Origin: Selaginella moellendorffii
Taxonomy: Eukaryota > Plantae > Lycopodiophyta
DNA length: 64,000 nt
Assembly (NCBI RefSeq): GCF_000143415.4
Contig: NW_003314321.1
Location: forward strand, 62,001 to 126,000
Reading direction: 5' to 3'
Shown: positions 24,663-38,497 of the stretch, piece by piece
Numbering within the stretch: position 1 is the stretch's first letter
Layout of the letters: every line of letters starts with the position of its first letter
The notes under the pieces: generated by a model
The model's database searches: none
The model's input: the letters and a program-made list of their open reading frames with translations, nothing else
Told to the model about the DNA's origin: nothing
Position numbers and translations under genes: made by a program

Positions 24663-26420
24663 ATGGACGAGCGATGGCGCGCGCCCGAGTGGCTCTATCC
24701 GTGCTTGATCGCCGGATCGGGATGTGCTCTAGCGCTGCGGGCTTCGATCTCCAGGAAATATGGCGCCGCGCCTCGCCTTTCACCTACATTCGTTGCGTTC
24801 CAGAGGAGGTTTTTTCAAGTTTTCTTGTTGGCTTTAGGTAAATTTCCAATCTTTCTGCGAGCAAAGGATGAAGCAAGTAATCGATGTTTCTTTTGCAGTG
24901 GCGCATGGTTTCCAAAATGTGTATGTAGAAGCTCTGTACAAGAGCTATGGATTGCAGAGAAAGGAAATAGCTCGTCTTCTCCTGTTTGGTCACGCAGCAG
25001 CAATTTTTGTAGGGACAATTGTGGCAGTTTCAGCGGATTCCTTGTAAGCTTTTGTCGATTTTTTATTTTTCTTCCGGATTAGTTTTTGCTGCCAGAGGAC
25101 GAAAGCAAGTATGCCTTGCGTATGCGGTCTTTACGGTGATTGAGTCTGTTCTAAAGCAATCGGGACACCTCTACGCTCTTTGCCTTGCGAGGATTTTCAA
25201 CGGGTTGGCCTCGTCGGTGCTGCCTTGCGTTTTTGAGACATGGATGATCTCAGAGCATGAGAGGGTACTGTAAACTGTAAAACTCAAAACTAGATTGTCT
25301 TTAACGTCTCGTTTCAGCATGGTTTTCGTCAAGAATGGATGGTGGAAACGTTCCTGATGATGACTTTTGGCGGAGCTATCGCATTACTTGGTACCACCGC
25401 TGTTGCAAACTTTTTCGTCACCAATTTGGGTTGGAAGCTAGGAGCACCATCTGTTCTCTCCGCCGGTGCTGCAGTTATTCTTTTTCTTTTCGTTTCCAGA
25501 TCCTGGGATGAGAACTGGGGTGAGGAGAGTCAAGGAAAAATCTCCAAGCCGTTGCTCCTTCCGTTTCGTGGTCAGTGGTTTTTCGCTTGTTTGTTTTTTT
25601 TTCTTATTCGAGATATTTTTCTTACGCAGACAAAAAAGTCGTGACTTTGGGACTCGTACAAGGAGTTTTTGACGTATCAGTGGCCGTTTTTTGGCTTCTC
25701 TGGGTGCCGACGATAGTGGTATGAGTTTTGGTTTTCCTTTTTCGCTTTGTTGTAGGAGAAAAACAGTTTATTTTACAGGCCGATGGTCGAGAGATTTATG
25801 TTGGATCGATATATGTTTGCTTGATGGCCTCTGTTATGGTGGGGACTAGTATTGCTGCTTTCCTTTCATCCTTCCCGTTGCTCACACCTGAGAGATCTCT
25901 TGCTCTTGTGCTGGCTATTGCAAGTATCTGCTTATTAGTCCCGGCCTACGATTACCAGGTAGAAACTTTAATATGTTTCCATTTTCCGCAGTGGCTAAGC
26001 TTTTGGTCTGCGTTGCAGGAGATTCCAGTGTTGGTGGCGATGTTCTGTGTGTTTCACATATGCGTCGGGATAGCTACGCCTTTGCTAGCTTGCTTTCGAG
26101 CCTCGTAAGTAGTTCTCGAGATCGTCTTAGGTGGTGAAAACCTCTAGCTATGCTCTGTGTAGATATATCTCCAGTTCTCGTCGAGCAGGAGTTTATGCCA
26201 TTTACCGTGTTCCAACTGACTTGGCACTCATTCTTTTTCTAACTCAGGTAGGTGAACGGTTTCATCCCATCGATATTTCTTTTACAAGTCTTTGGTGCTT
26301 TTGCAGGGCTCAATCCGTCAGGCATGGGATAATAGCACCATCCTTTACACATGCGGTTTAGCAAATCTTGCAGCCGCGGGAGGGGTGCTTGCGCTGACAA
26401 ACTCTTGGAAGAAACTCTAG
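24663..26420 (+). CDS. MFS transporter, MFSD5/MOT2 (molybdate-anion transporter)-like, multi-exon
   Basis: FVAFQRRF...LYKSYG...EIARL, ADS|GRKQVC, FETWMISEHER|HGF..EW..ETF, multiple TM segments. Stop at 26418-26420. Confidence 0.8.
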
Positions 26421-26597
26421 AAAAACATTTGTACGGTAAGAACACTTCCAAGCTTTCTTTTTCCTAGTTTTCCTCTTCCTGCGAAATCTAAGCTCCATTT
26501 ATTCCGGGGTTTCTTATTGACAGGAACTTCTCTCTATCTACACGGTTGCTTGACGCTGGAGAAACTGGAATTTACAGTCGATGAAGCTCTCTCTCTC

Positions 26598-29500
26598 TCA
26601 ATCCTCGTTGAGCGGGACAAGGACGAGGATGATAGAGCTGTAACTTATCATAGGATAGATTTGAGCGTTGAGAAGCGGGCTGTACTGCGCGTATGCTGTT
26701 GCCAAATCGGGGATGTCGTCGGCTAGAAAGTCGTAAGGGGCGGGCTTGCTCGAGTCTACCACTGGCTGCCATTTGAAGCCTGGCCGTTCCGGGAGAGTGA
26801 CCAGCACTGGCAGATGGCTCGTGTTAAATGCAATGTAAAGCTCTCGTTTCTTCGCATCCACCTGCGAGAATGTCAATAGCTGTGTAAGGAAGTATGAGAA
26901 CTTAAGAGAGCCTACCAGCGAAAATGCGACGAAACGGCTGGTTTCGGACCAATCTGGAGTCTCTGGAACAACGCCGTGCCACTCCAGGCGCTCGGCTGTT
27001 GGGAAATCTCCAAGTCCAAGCGACTCGGATTGCCTGTGAAAGATGTTTAGTGTCTCATATGAGAATGGATGCCGCTAACTTGCCTTCTAAAGTTGAACAG
27101 ATGGCGTGAGAACCGGAAGAGACCGGTTGGATCCGTTCGCAATTTATCCCACCTGAAATAGTTTATCTACACGAAGCACATCTTTTGCACAAACTCGTTA
27201 ACACCGGGAGTGGAAACAATGGATGGAATTCTTACAGCATTGTCGTGGCAGTACGTGTTGTTGTTCCCTCCTTTTGTATGTGCGTACTCATCGCCCATTG
27301 TTACCATAGGTACACCCTGTGAAGCACCTTGGTTGGCGTTGGAAGGAAGCAGCCACTTTAGCTTACCTGAGAGACCATAAGAGCTACCAGAAAATTCCTC
27401 AGCTGCCTGTGCCTTAGGCGGCGCACACGAACGCTAACGAGCTCGCCTTCCTGCCATGGAAAACGTCCGTTATTGCAATGTTTCGCATTTGCCACCATCC
27501 CTACCTCTCCGCAATTCCAACTGTTGTTATGAGTTTCCCCATCGTTGTTGCTCTCCCCGTTCGCTATGTTGTGCTTCGAGTTGTACGACACAAGGTCAAG
27601 TAGTGTAAATCCATCATGAGCAGTTACAAAGTTGACGCTGTGCCATGGTTTTCTGCCTCCGTCCTGAAAGTAGGGAGTTTCATGGTGGGAACTATAGACT
27701 CCCAAGTACCTGATATAAGTGTGGCGAGCCACACAAGCACTGTGCGAATGCCCCAGCCAATCCATCGGTTCCTTTGATAAAAAGGCGCACAGTATCTCGA
27801 TACTGAAATGAAAAATGTGGAAACGCATGTAAGAAAATCAGGGAAATCACCTGTCCATTCCATTCAGACCAGATTCCCCAGTGAGGAAAATTTCCCACTT
27901 GATAAAGACCTCCTGAATCCCATGCTTCAGCAATTAGCTGCCGGTACAAAAAGCTGTTGAGAAAGTGTACAATGAAAATTACAAGCACGGACCTTCACTC
28001 CTCTCAGAACGGGATCGTTACTTATCATATCGATAAGTGGAGGTTCACTCAGTGGCGTGCCTGTTGTCACACAATCTCCATCCACATCCTCGCTAGCGCC
28101 AAAAACATTTGCTTTATCCCAAAGACTAGAGGAGATTTGACAAAGGTTAGATTCTGCTGAAAACATCAAGATTGGGACGTACCTACTTGCGCGGGTTAGT
28201 ATGGACGCTAGATCAAAACGAAAACCATCAATGTGCATCTCCAGCACCCAGTACCTGAAACATTTAGATTTGTTACTTTGTCATTCACGTCGTTCAAACC
28301 ATCAAATACCTCAGACAATCAACAATAAATCGCCTGACCACAGGATGGTTGCAATTGAATGTGTTCCCGCATCCAGAATAATTATAGAATTCTCCCTATA
28401 GAAACAAGTAAACCCAGTTTGTTTTATAGAAGGTGTAACTATCAACCTTGGGCGCAGTCATGTAATAGACACGGTTATCCAATCCCCGAAAAGAAATAAT
28501 CGGTCCCATTTCATTTCCTTCAGCAGTATGATTGAAAACTACATCCATAAAAACCTGTGAAGTATCTCGGTCAGTACAAAATCCACGGACAATGCATATA
28601 CCTCTATGCCAAGCTTGTGCGCCTCCCTTACAAAAGTTTTAAACTCTTTAATCGCATCACGACCACAGTTTTGTATTCCAGACGAAGCATATCTCGTCAT
28701 TGGAGAAAAGAAATTGATGGTCGAGTAGCCCCAGTAGTTCATCCTGAGAGGCAAACGAACTGCATCACTATAAGGTAATGAAGCAATGCAACAACTTACT
28801 TGTGATCACCCATCACGGGATTGTACGAATAGTATTCTAGCTCATTAAACTCGTGAATCGGCATCAGTTCTATCGCGTTGATACCCAAGTCCTGTAGCAT
28901 CCCCATGTTAGTCCTTGAAACCTTCTCAAACAACCATATACCTTCAAATGTGGCAGCTTCTCCAGGGCTCCGAGGTATGTCCCAGGAAAATCCACATTAC
29001 TTGATGGATGCTGCGTAAAACCACGCATATGAAGCTCATATACTATAAGATCCTTTTGTTTGTGACGCGGAGGCGAATCCCCTTGCCAATCAAACTGAAA
29101 CAAAACAGAAAACTTGTAAAACAATGCAAGATTTGGCAAACTCTACCTCGTCGTTTAACTGCGGAACCATCCCGGCCATCTGAGGCCAGCAGCTGTTTCC
29201 AGGTCCTAAAGCTCCGTATTTTCCCCGACTAACTACAGCCTGCAGCACCAAAAAAACTCCTGTCAAATCTATTCATCTCTTCATTCCTTACCTTAGCATA
29301 AGGATCAACAAGAATTCGAGACAAATCGTAGCAGCACCCCTCCTCCAGACTGAATTTCCCATTTAGCCGGTATCCATACAGCAAATTCGGACATACGTCT
29401 GGGAGATAGACATGCCACACATCTCCAGTCCTGTTAAAAACTGGATGAAGAGGAAACTCTTTACCAACTCGGCCCTGCAAAGAAAAAGAGTAATAACCAA

Positions 29501-29936
29501 ATGGATGGAAGCACAAGAGCAATGCCCATACCTTCTGCAAATCTTCCTCGGTGAACAAACACAAGGACACAGCGATCGCGCCACTAGAATGCACAGAGAA
29601 ATTTACACCCCCTTCCACGGGCGTGGCGCCGAAAGGAAGGGGTCTCCCCCGCTTGGGCCGCCCTGCCAATTTCTTCACATCCACGCTCTCCGACGAGCTG
29701 TAACTGGACGTGCTCGTCTCCATCGCGCGGCACGAGACGACGGGATCACCGCCATTGCAATGCCTCCACCCAGAAATCTTACCCCTGCAATGCCAATCCC
29801 TAGCCAGATTCACGCAATGCGGGGGCGCCCGATCGCTGCAAGACGCGGCCGCGGCATCGCCTCGATGACAGACCCTAGCAGCATCCGGCGAGGCACTGGG
29901 AATGGCACCTGAGACAATCGCCGGCGCCATCGCCAT
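26598..29936 (-). CDS. ISA1: Isoamylase 1 (starch debranching enzyme), plastid, multi-exon
   Basis: [90 protein letters not shown]. Confidence 0.95.
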
Positions 29937-30177
29937 AGCTCAAAAACAATGTTCCTCACATGTGGAAAAGCAAACCCTTTATACCAAACCCTGAGAAAAT
30001 ATTCCGTCACACTTAACAGAATATCCTCACCTGGTAGTTGCCACATGACATGCCAGCACTGGATAAGCTCAATGCAAAAAGAATTATGGTAAAAACGATT
30101 TCTTATTCTTTTGGGTTTTTAGCAGCGAACATTGCGAGTGTGCGCATCAAAAAACAAAAAAAAACTCTTTAGAGAAT

Positions 30178-31971
30178 TTATAGAGTTAGATCCTTAGGGT
30201 TCTCGATGATCTTCGCTAGTGTCTGCAAAAATGCTGCTACGTCCGCGCCATAGATGATCCTGTGATCCGCAGTGATGTTCACCTGTGCGAAAGATTCGAT
30301 CAAGATTGCTAAACTTTCTAAAACCTGAGATACAAACCTGCATTTGGTTCTTGATTCCAAACAGACCATCTGAAGTTGCCACAACAGTTGGAGCAGAAGC
30401 TCCCACAGCCATAATCGCTCCCTGGGAAAGTTTCGAGATGAATCAGGGATTGTTGATCTAGAAGTGCCAAGGAAGAACTTACCGTGCCGGGTGGGAGAAT
30501 CGCGTCAAACCTATCAACGCCAAACATCCCCAGGTTTGACAAAGTGAAAGTTCCTGTCGAAATCATCAAAGAAAGTTGTCAAATGTCTCAAAGTCACTAC
30601 TTTGTCAACACCAACCTGAGTTGTACTCGCTGGGCTGGAGTTGTTTCGCGCGAGCCTTGTCAACGAGCTCTTTCCACTTCCGTGATAGACTGTAGATATC
30701 CAGCTGCACCACCAACACACAAGACTAAGAACTCGAAAACGAGGAATAGAAAGATTTTTGCGTACCTTGTCGGCGTCTTGCAGAACGGGGGTGATAAGTC
30801 CGCCGTCAATCGCTACTGCAACGGCGATGTTGATGCTGGCGTTGTACGTGAAGCTCTTCCCATCCTTGCAGCTAGCGTTCATCACGGGGTGCTGTGCTAC
30901 TGCCAAAGCCACGGCCTTGGCCAAGAGAGCGGACATGGTCACTCCCTTGGATTTGATCTACAAAACAACAGTCACAAAAAGCATCGAGTCGAAACTATGG
31001 CTTACCTTCTTGTAGAGCGCGTCGAGAGCGTCGGTGGTGATCGTGTATCCCACTCTGAAAGTAGGAACTGAGAGGCTCTCCACCATATTCTTGCAGACTG
31101 CCGCTTGCATGCCAGTGAAAGGAACGGTCGATCCCAGCGGAACTGGGGCTGGAGCAGCCGCTGGAGCCGACGAAACTGGAGAAGGAGCGGCGGTCACCGG
31201 AGCGGCAGTGACAGCAGCTGCTGTAACAGGAGCTTTTCCAGTGGATGCTTCGACATCAGCTCCAGTGATCCTGCCCGAGGGACCAGTTCCAGCGACAGCA
31301 GCCAGATCCACCTTGAGTTCCTTGGCAAGCTTTTTCGCGTATGGCGTAGCCACTATCCTCGTTCCTCCTTGCGACGCAGGATGAGATGAAACCACAGGAG
31401 TAGCAGCAGCCACAGCAGGAGCTGGAGCTGCCGAGGGTGGCGGCGGCGGCGGCGGTGGCGACGAGACTGGAGCAGCGGGAGCAATGGAATCAATCGCTGC
31501 TGGAGGCGGAGCAGGAGGAGGAGCACTTCCAGACGACGCTGCAAACTTCGCCTTTGCTTCGGCAACTTCGTCCAAGCTCTCGGCGAGAATTCCAATCGCA
31601 GCGCCCACGGGAGCCACTTCTCCCTCTCCCACAACGATGGAGGCCAAGTAGCCATCGTAGAACGTCTCCACGTCCATGTCGGCCTTGTCCGATTCCACCA
31701 CCACAACGCTCTCGCCTTTGCTCAGCTTGTCGCCCTCGGCCTTCATCCACGACACAATCTTCCCCTCGGTCATGGTGGAGCTGAGCGCCGGCATGAAGAT
31801 CTCTCGGATTTTGGCCTGGACGCGCAAGCTCCTGCGAGATCTCCTCGACGGCCTGGCCGACGGAGCCGCTGCTGCCGCGGATGGGACGCCATCTCCCAGG
31901 AATCGAGATTTTCGCGAAATCTCTTCGAAAGAAGGCGCTGCCACGGACGCTGCTCCCGCAATTGCGGCCAT
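30178..31971 (-). CDS. LTA2: Plastid pyruvate dehydrogenase E2 (dihydrolipoamide acetyltransferase)
   Basis: IREIFMPALSSTMTEGK, lipoyl motif VESDKADM, ATPYAKKLA E3-binding domain, GTFTLSNLGMFGVDRFDAILPPG, TADHRIIYGAD. Confidence 0.95.
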
Positions 31972-32491
31972 GGTTGGAACTTGGATCGATCTACGCACAG
32001 CCAACATGCATTGCTCGCAAAAGGCCACAAGAAATGGAAGAATGGAGCTTACCTGTGGAAGAATGGACGCCAAGAACACGCTTTGCTTAGCTTGCTCGCC
32101 TCAAACCCTATATAAGAGCGTCATGCGATTAGTAGCGCTGCTCATTCGTCCCGGAGAATCCGTCGGCCTGGCTGAATCCTGGCCGTCCAAGTTATTCCTC
32201 ATTAAACTAATTAATAATGATTTAAACCTATTTATTATACTAAGTAATTTGGTTTAAGCAAAACCTATGGATGTTCTTGTTCTTCGTTGTTTCGCGCTCT
32301 CCGCAGGGTTTGTTTGTTTCATTCTAGGGATTTCACTGAGGTGCGTCTTGATCCTTAGATCCCAGAGGGCTAGCATCGATTTCCATCAGCGGCCATGGCG
32401 GAGGGGATCTAGATCGGCGCTCAAGTCCGGTAATACGTTTCTTTCCCTTGCTGCGCATTGCGATCGTCAGGGTGTTCATAGATTTCCAGGG

Positions 32492-33632
32492 ATGGATGCA
32501 AATGCTGCTCCATTCTCCAGAGAGCTCGAGAATGCGTCGGATTTCACGGCCATTTCAAGCAATGGATTGGTCTCAATCTGTGGCTTTGGTTCCCTTCTTT
32601 CTGGTAAGTCATTCTTTCATTCCTTTTCTTTTTATCTAACTTTGAGCTGTGCGTTTAGAAAAGAGTGCTCGCTCCACGTTTCCCAGGCTTCTCAATTTCC
32701 GACCTGGAGTCGTCAAAAACTTTCGACGGATCTTTGCGCACATCGCTCCAATATTTCTGGAACGCGGCATCGCGAATGTTGAAACAAAGGTAGGAAACAC
32801 TATCTCCGTAGAATTTTTTTCGATAACGTTTTTCTTTCTTCACAACTTTTGCTGGTTATATTTGTTCCTCACAGGAAATGTCGAGCTTGAGCGTGGAGCC
32901 ATGCATTGGGGAGTCCATAGTCGTCACTGTCTTCGAAATCTCTCTGCTTGAGGTAGAATCTCGTTTCGGATTCGTCTCTGTGAGTTCGTTTTCTTTTTTT
33001 CTTATTGCAGGTTCCGGCTTTCATACAGCGGGAACACGAGTTTCGGTTTCTCGAAGTAAGTCTCAGTTGATTCAACCGGCCTTTGTTTTACGTATTTGTT
33101 TTTCTCTCTTTAGGTGGCCGTTGTCAACTCTTCTGAAGAAAATGCGATTCATCTCTGTAAGGCTGTGAGTATTCTGACGGTATCTGGAAGATCCCTGAGC
33201 TTATTTGAGCAACCAGGTGATTTGTGCCAAGTACAGCGACGAGGAATACTTGTCCATTCGCTGCCAAGGTAAGAGTTACCTGTTGGGACACCTTTGTGAA
33301 ACGAAACATGCCACACTGGATTGTAGGAAACAAGGACGTCTTCTACGAACGCTATGGAAAGCATGGAATCCAGCAGATATGGCGTGATGACATACTCCCT
33401 TGCCGACTCTATCTTCGTCATTGGTATGAGCAGTCTCTTTTCTCATTTCTTACATTTCGTTGGTTCCAGTGTTCTAGCAGCGAAAAATCTTGGGCAGGAT
33501 GCATTCGAAAGCTTCTTAGACCACACTTACCTCGGGGACCGAAGAACAAGAATACGAGAGTACTTGGACGCTCATCCGGATATAATGAAAGAACAGCCTC
33601 CGGAACATCTCCGTGATCGTTATGGAGGCTAG
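32492..33632 (+). CDS. Conserved plant protein with gamma-glutamylcyclotransferase-like fold, multi-exon
   Basis: ICGFGSLLS|EKSARSTFP, FRRIFAH...FLERGIA, QREHEFRF, ILPCRLYLRH, FLDHTYL.DR, LRDRYGG*. Confidence 0.75.
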
Positions 33633-34683
33633 GTGCGCCCGCCATTTCTCCATTCGCGTAAGATAATCCTGACTTTGTTCTTCGCAGGCTATCAGCATTT
33701 TGTACAAAGCGATGGACATGATCGGGTCCTTTTCTCTGGACTAACGTGAAGATCACAGGCCATGCGCAAAAGACCATAAGAATGGAAGATTTCGAGCTTA
33801 CCTGAAGAACTATTAACGTATCCTATAATTCACCGATTTCATCCAGCCTTTGCTTTTACTTAGCATGCAGCCAAGAACCATCCCTTGCGGGTTCCGGAGC
33901 TTAGCATGAGCAACACAGCGCGAGTCACCACTCCATTCTTGCCAACGCGCTGTCGAAAGCAACCTGTCCGACAGCGGATCTCTCCCTCTTCGAGCTCTGT
34001 GATCTCCCAGGCTCTGAAACCTCACAATTTGTGTGGGATTCCCGGGAATGATCAATTTTGGTAGCATCTCTCCCATAATTTCTCATGGCACAGCTCCAGT
34101 GCTGCGCAGAGATTGGTCATCAATCGTCAGGCGTCACAGGGTGAGAGTGGAGCCACGATAAAGAGCGATGGAGGGGCTGAATGCTAGAGAGAGAGAGAGA
34201 GAATCCAAGAGTTGACTAAAGCAAGCTCTAAAGAGAGTTGACTAGAGCACTTTCTACACAGATAACTACATTTTAAAGGTAATGATAAGTATAAGGGAAA
34301 TACAGTATCAATACTCACTGTTAAATTTATCTAAATGGTTTTGAGCCTAAACTTCCTAACATTTCGCCCTTAATTATAAGGGTAAGCGTAGCCCTAGGGC
34401 ACTATTAGAATTGCTGGAAGCTTTGGTAGAATTTTCTTGTAGAACGTTCTGAAAATACAGCTTACGTTAGATTTGACTCAGGATCGTCAAGTATGGGCCG
34501 TTAACTCTTGTGCCTACCACACGCTTTGCACGCTTCCGCAAAGTGGATTGGAATTCACGCTCAAGTCCGCAGAGGAAACACGACTTGGCTGCCGTCATTG
34601 TGGTGGGCAATTGTTAGCTCGCAGCTAGGGTTTGGAAGTTCCAAGCGCCGAGGTAGAGGGATCAGGGCTTGCAAGCAGCAGCG

Positions 34684-36035
34684 ATGGCGTGCGACAGTAG
34701 CACGATCGCCGAGGGCGTGGAGCGATGCCCATTCCTGAGGAACATTGGCGAGCCGACCTCGTTCAATTTCAGCAGCTTTGCTCCCATCAAGTTCCCCAAT
34801 CCGGTAAGCGCCTCGAGATTCTGGAAATTTAGCTCGGGATCTGAGATTTTTGCCCCTCTTCTTAAGCTGCGCGGATCGAGAGGGCCAATTTTTGAGGATG
34901 GCCCTGGTTTCGACACCGCATTTCGATTGTTCCACGGCAAGGATGGTGTGATTCCGCTCTCCCGGAACAAGGCTGACGATGGCGCCGAGACCCTGGAAGT
35001 CCCCAAGATGGGCTTCCATCCACTGGCGGCATCCGCGGCTACCATAAGTCTCTCCTCGTTTGGAGCCGGGAGATTTAATTTTGACGCGTTCATGGCCAAG
35101 CAACAGAAGAAAAAGAAGGAGCGCAAGGAGTCTGAATCGAAGCAAAACAAGGTACACTTTCTTTTCTTCCTTGGAGTGCTGTGGTGTGATTTCTTCGTTT
35201 CGATTCATCAAATTACTGTAACTTTGCATTTCATTTCCTGTCATCGTTGGCTCTGTGATAATGTTCTTCACGAATTCTTTCTTTTTTTCTTCTTCCTTCT
35301 GACGATTCAGTGAAACATTTTCAGGACCATCTTCACGAAGCTCTTGGCTCCGAGTGGCTGGCAACTGGGAACTGCCCGATCGCACGCTCTTGTCGAGCAG
35401 TAAGTGGAGTGCTACCTCTCGTCGCAAAGTGGTTCAAACCACCCTCAGGGATGAAGTACCGGTGTCCACCGGCTATCGTCGCCGCTCGAGCCGCCCTGGC
35501 GAGAACTGCGTTCGCAAAGAACTTGAGGCCGCAACCATTGCCATCCAAACTCCTGGCAATCGGCCTCCTGGGGATGGCAACCAACGTGCCGCTGGGGGTC
35601 TGGCGCGAACACACAAAGAAGTTCTCTCCGGAGTGGTTCGTCGCGGTCCATGCAGCGGTGCCATTCATTGCTATGATGAGAAAGGCCGTCAACATGCCGA
35701 AGTTCGCTATGGCTTTCACTATCGGGGCATCCATCCTGGGACAGGTGATTGGCTCTCGCGCCGAGAGGATCCGGCTAGCACAGGCGAAGCTGGCTGCAAA
35801 CGGTCCGGGGGTGGTGACAGAGATTTGCTTATCTCGTGACAACAATAGAGCTTCTTCGACGATTGCTGGAGGCAAAAGCTCTAGTCCTCCTGCTCTACTA
35901 GTTGGAGACCGAAGCTCCGGCTCTAGTTCTGGAGGGGAAGCGGGAGAACAGATTGATTCGCTCAACCATCAGTGCGCGAAGCTGGTCTGGGACGAGTTTA
36001 AGTCGCCAGTCTCAAGAACAGTCGATGCGTTTTAA
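34684..36035 (+). CDS. Conserved plant protein, NHR2A/B-like
   Basis: RCPFLRNIGEPTSF, GPIFEDGP.FD.AFRLFHG, HEALGSEWLATGNCPIA, WREHTKKFSPEWFVAVHAAVPF, GSRAER. Family assignment from recalled motifs. Confidence 0.75.
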
Positions 36036-36294
36036 AAGCTTTCGGTGCAGCCTGGTGAGAATAAAAAAGTTTCTGCTTCAAACCAAACAAGGTCTGTGCT
36101 TCGTATTTTTCTTTCTTGTTTTCACATTGTAATAATTCAAGCAAACATTGTGATTGTTTTAAAAGCTTCTGGTGTGTATTGTATTTTACCGTGTCAGTAG
36201 AAACGTGCTGATTTAACTCTTCCAAAGGGAGGTATGTTTGACTCTTCGTTTATTTCTTACCTCTTGTGCCCCGTTTCCTTTCCGGGTTTAGGCG

Positions 36295-38197
36295 ATGGAG
36301 AACGAGCAGCTCCTGCTTGAGAAGCTCGAGAGCTCGAGCTGGAGTCCCGGTGAGGCTCAGGATAAAGTTCTGGCCGAGATCCTGGAGAAGAATGCCGCCA
36401 CAGACTACTTCAACAGGCATGGATTGCGAGCAGCAACCAAGGAGGTGTTTCGGCAGAGAGCGCCGGTCATTGAGTACGAAGACATCAAGGATGAGATCAA
36501 CCGAATTGCCGACGGCGAGGCCGCTACTTTGCTCTGTGCGAATCCTATCGCGGATATGTTCACGAGGTAAGTTTATCTCTAGTTTTTGTCGATTTCGCAA
36601 AGACTTTGTGGTAGCTCTGGGACCTCCGGCGGGGCTCACAAGCTGTTCCCGAAAGTGGAGGGACACTATGCTGTGTCGAAATACTTCTTTGATCTTGCAA
36701 CCGCTCTTCTCAACAGGTATTCGTCGTCATTTTCCTCCAAAGCTTATGATTGTTTGTTCCTTCGAATCTGTAGGGACTTGCCTGGACTGAGGACCGGCAA
36801 GGCTTTGTACTTCTTATACGTGAGAAGTGGCCGCAAGACTCCTGGAGGGCTTCCAGCTTATCCAGCACTGACGGGATACTACAACAGTCTAGAGTTCCGC
36901 AACCGGCCTTTCGATCCAAGCAACGATTACACAAGCCCCCTGGAGGTGATACTTTGCACGGACAGCGTGCAAGCCTCCTACTGCCACTTGCTGTGTGGTT
37001 TGATCCACGCCCGAGACGTGACGAAGCTGGGCTGCTTCTTTGCGTCGGTGTTCGTGAGGTCGATAAGGTGCCTCGAAGCCTGGTGGCAGGAGCTTTCCAG
37101 GGACATACGAACGGGAACTTTGTCCGAGAGAGTTGTGGATCCGGCTTGCAGAGAAGCCGTGGAGAAGATCTTAAGGCCGGATCCAGAGCTTGCGAACGTG
37201 ATCGACGAGGCGTGCTCCAGTGGAAGCTTGAAAGGAATCGTCCGGAAGCTGTGGCCCAGTGCCAAAGCTATCGACACAGTCGTCACCGGTGCTATGGAGC
37301 AGTATGTTGGAGAAGTCGACTATCTCACCGACGGCCTGCCAATAGCGTCGATGATCTACGCGTCCTCGGAGTCTTTCTTTGGAGTGAATCTCAAGCCGCT
37401 TTGCGAGCCGTCCCAGATCTCCTACATGTTTCTGCCCGAGACGTCCTACTACGAGTTTCTGCCGGTGGCTCGATCGGAGGAGAAAGCTTCTCGTGAAGAG
37501 CCCGTGGAACTCGTTGATGTGGAACAAGGCCACGAGTACGAGCTTGTGATCACGACAAACGCTGGTATAGTTTCCAGTTCATTGTCCTGGCTTGTATCTT
37601 TATCTTTTCTGGCTCTTTCCATCAGGATTGTACAGATATCGCATGGGTGACGTTCTTAGAGTCGAGGGCTTCCACAACAAAGCTCCGCTCTTCAGCTTCG
37701 TCTGCCGGACGAACGTTCTACTTAGCATCGACTCGGACAAAACGGACGAGAAGGAGCTCCAGACCGCAGTCATGAACGCGTTTGCGGCATTGCGAAATGG
37801 CGTCACGAGCAAGGAGGGGGAGGCAATAAGATTGACGGACTACACCAGCTATGCCGACCTCTCCTCCAATCCTCCGCACTACGTGATTTACTGGGAGCTG
37901 TCCAGCGAGCTTCACTTGGAACCGGAAAAAGCAGGGGAGTGCTGCTACAAGATGGAGGAATCACTGAGCGTGGTGTATCACAGGGGGAGGATGGAGAGAT
38001 CCATTGGAGCTCTGGAGCTGAGGCTTGTGACACCAGGGACTTTCAATCGAATCGCTGATGATGCCGCATCCAGGGGTGGAAGTGTTTCTCAATTCAAGCT
38101 GCCAAGGTGTATCAAGAAAAATGCGACCAGGATGCTGGAAATCGTGGAGAGTGGTGTATACCAGCAGTACTTCAGTCCAAGAGCACCGAAGTATTAA
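36295..38197 (+). CDS. GH3: GH3 acyl-acid amido synthetase, 4 exons
   Basis: T|SSGTSGG, YASSE, YEF.P, ITTNA|GLYRYRMGD, LLSIDSDKTDE, HYVIYWE, QFKLPRC. Confidence 0.95.
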
Positions 38198-38369
38198 TAT
38201 TATTTTGATTGTTTGATCGTAAAAACTCTAAAAATTACAGCAAAATTTTATTATTATACTCAATTGCTAGCAACTATCGTACTATGAACTGCATAGCACA
38301 TAACTGTTGACAAAGCGTCAGTAGAATATATGATCAATAGTTTCATCACCTTAACTTAGAGAACACTAA

Positions 38370-38428
38370 CAATCTCTCTCTTTCTCTGTGTGTGTGTGTG
38401 TGAAAGAGAGGGAGAAAGAGAGAGAGAG
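38370..38428. repeat. Compound (CT)n(GT)n(GA)n microsatellite
   Basis: Read directly, between the convergent GH3 and Hint genes. Confidence 0.8.
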
Positions 38429-38497
38429 TTTAGAGCAATACATTGAAATTCAAATGTTTAAAATCCCACTTTATTTACTATTGTTTTTCTACATTTT

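Noticed and set aside
26420-26598. MFS and ISA1 coding regions nearly touching
   Set aside because: Frame tracing puts the MFS stop at 26420, 177 bp from the ISA1 stop. A possible 3' UTR intron (26436-26523) follows, but such spacing is ordinary here.
33660-34200. Possible small minus-strand gene (ORF 33813-34076)
   Set aside because: No recognisable motif or consistent exon chain.
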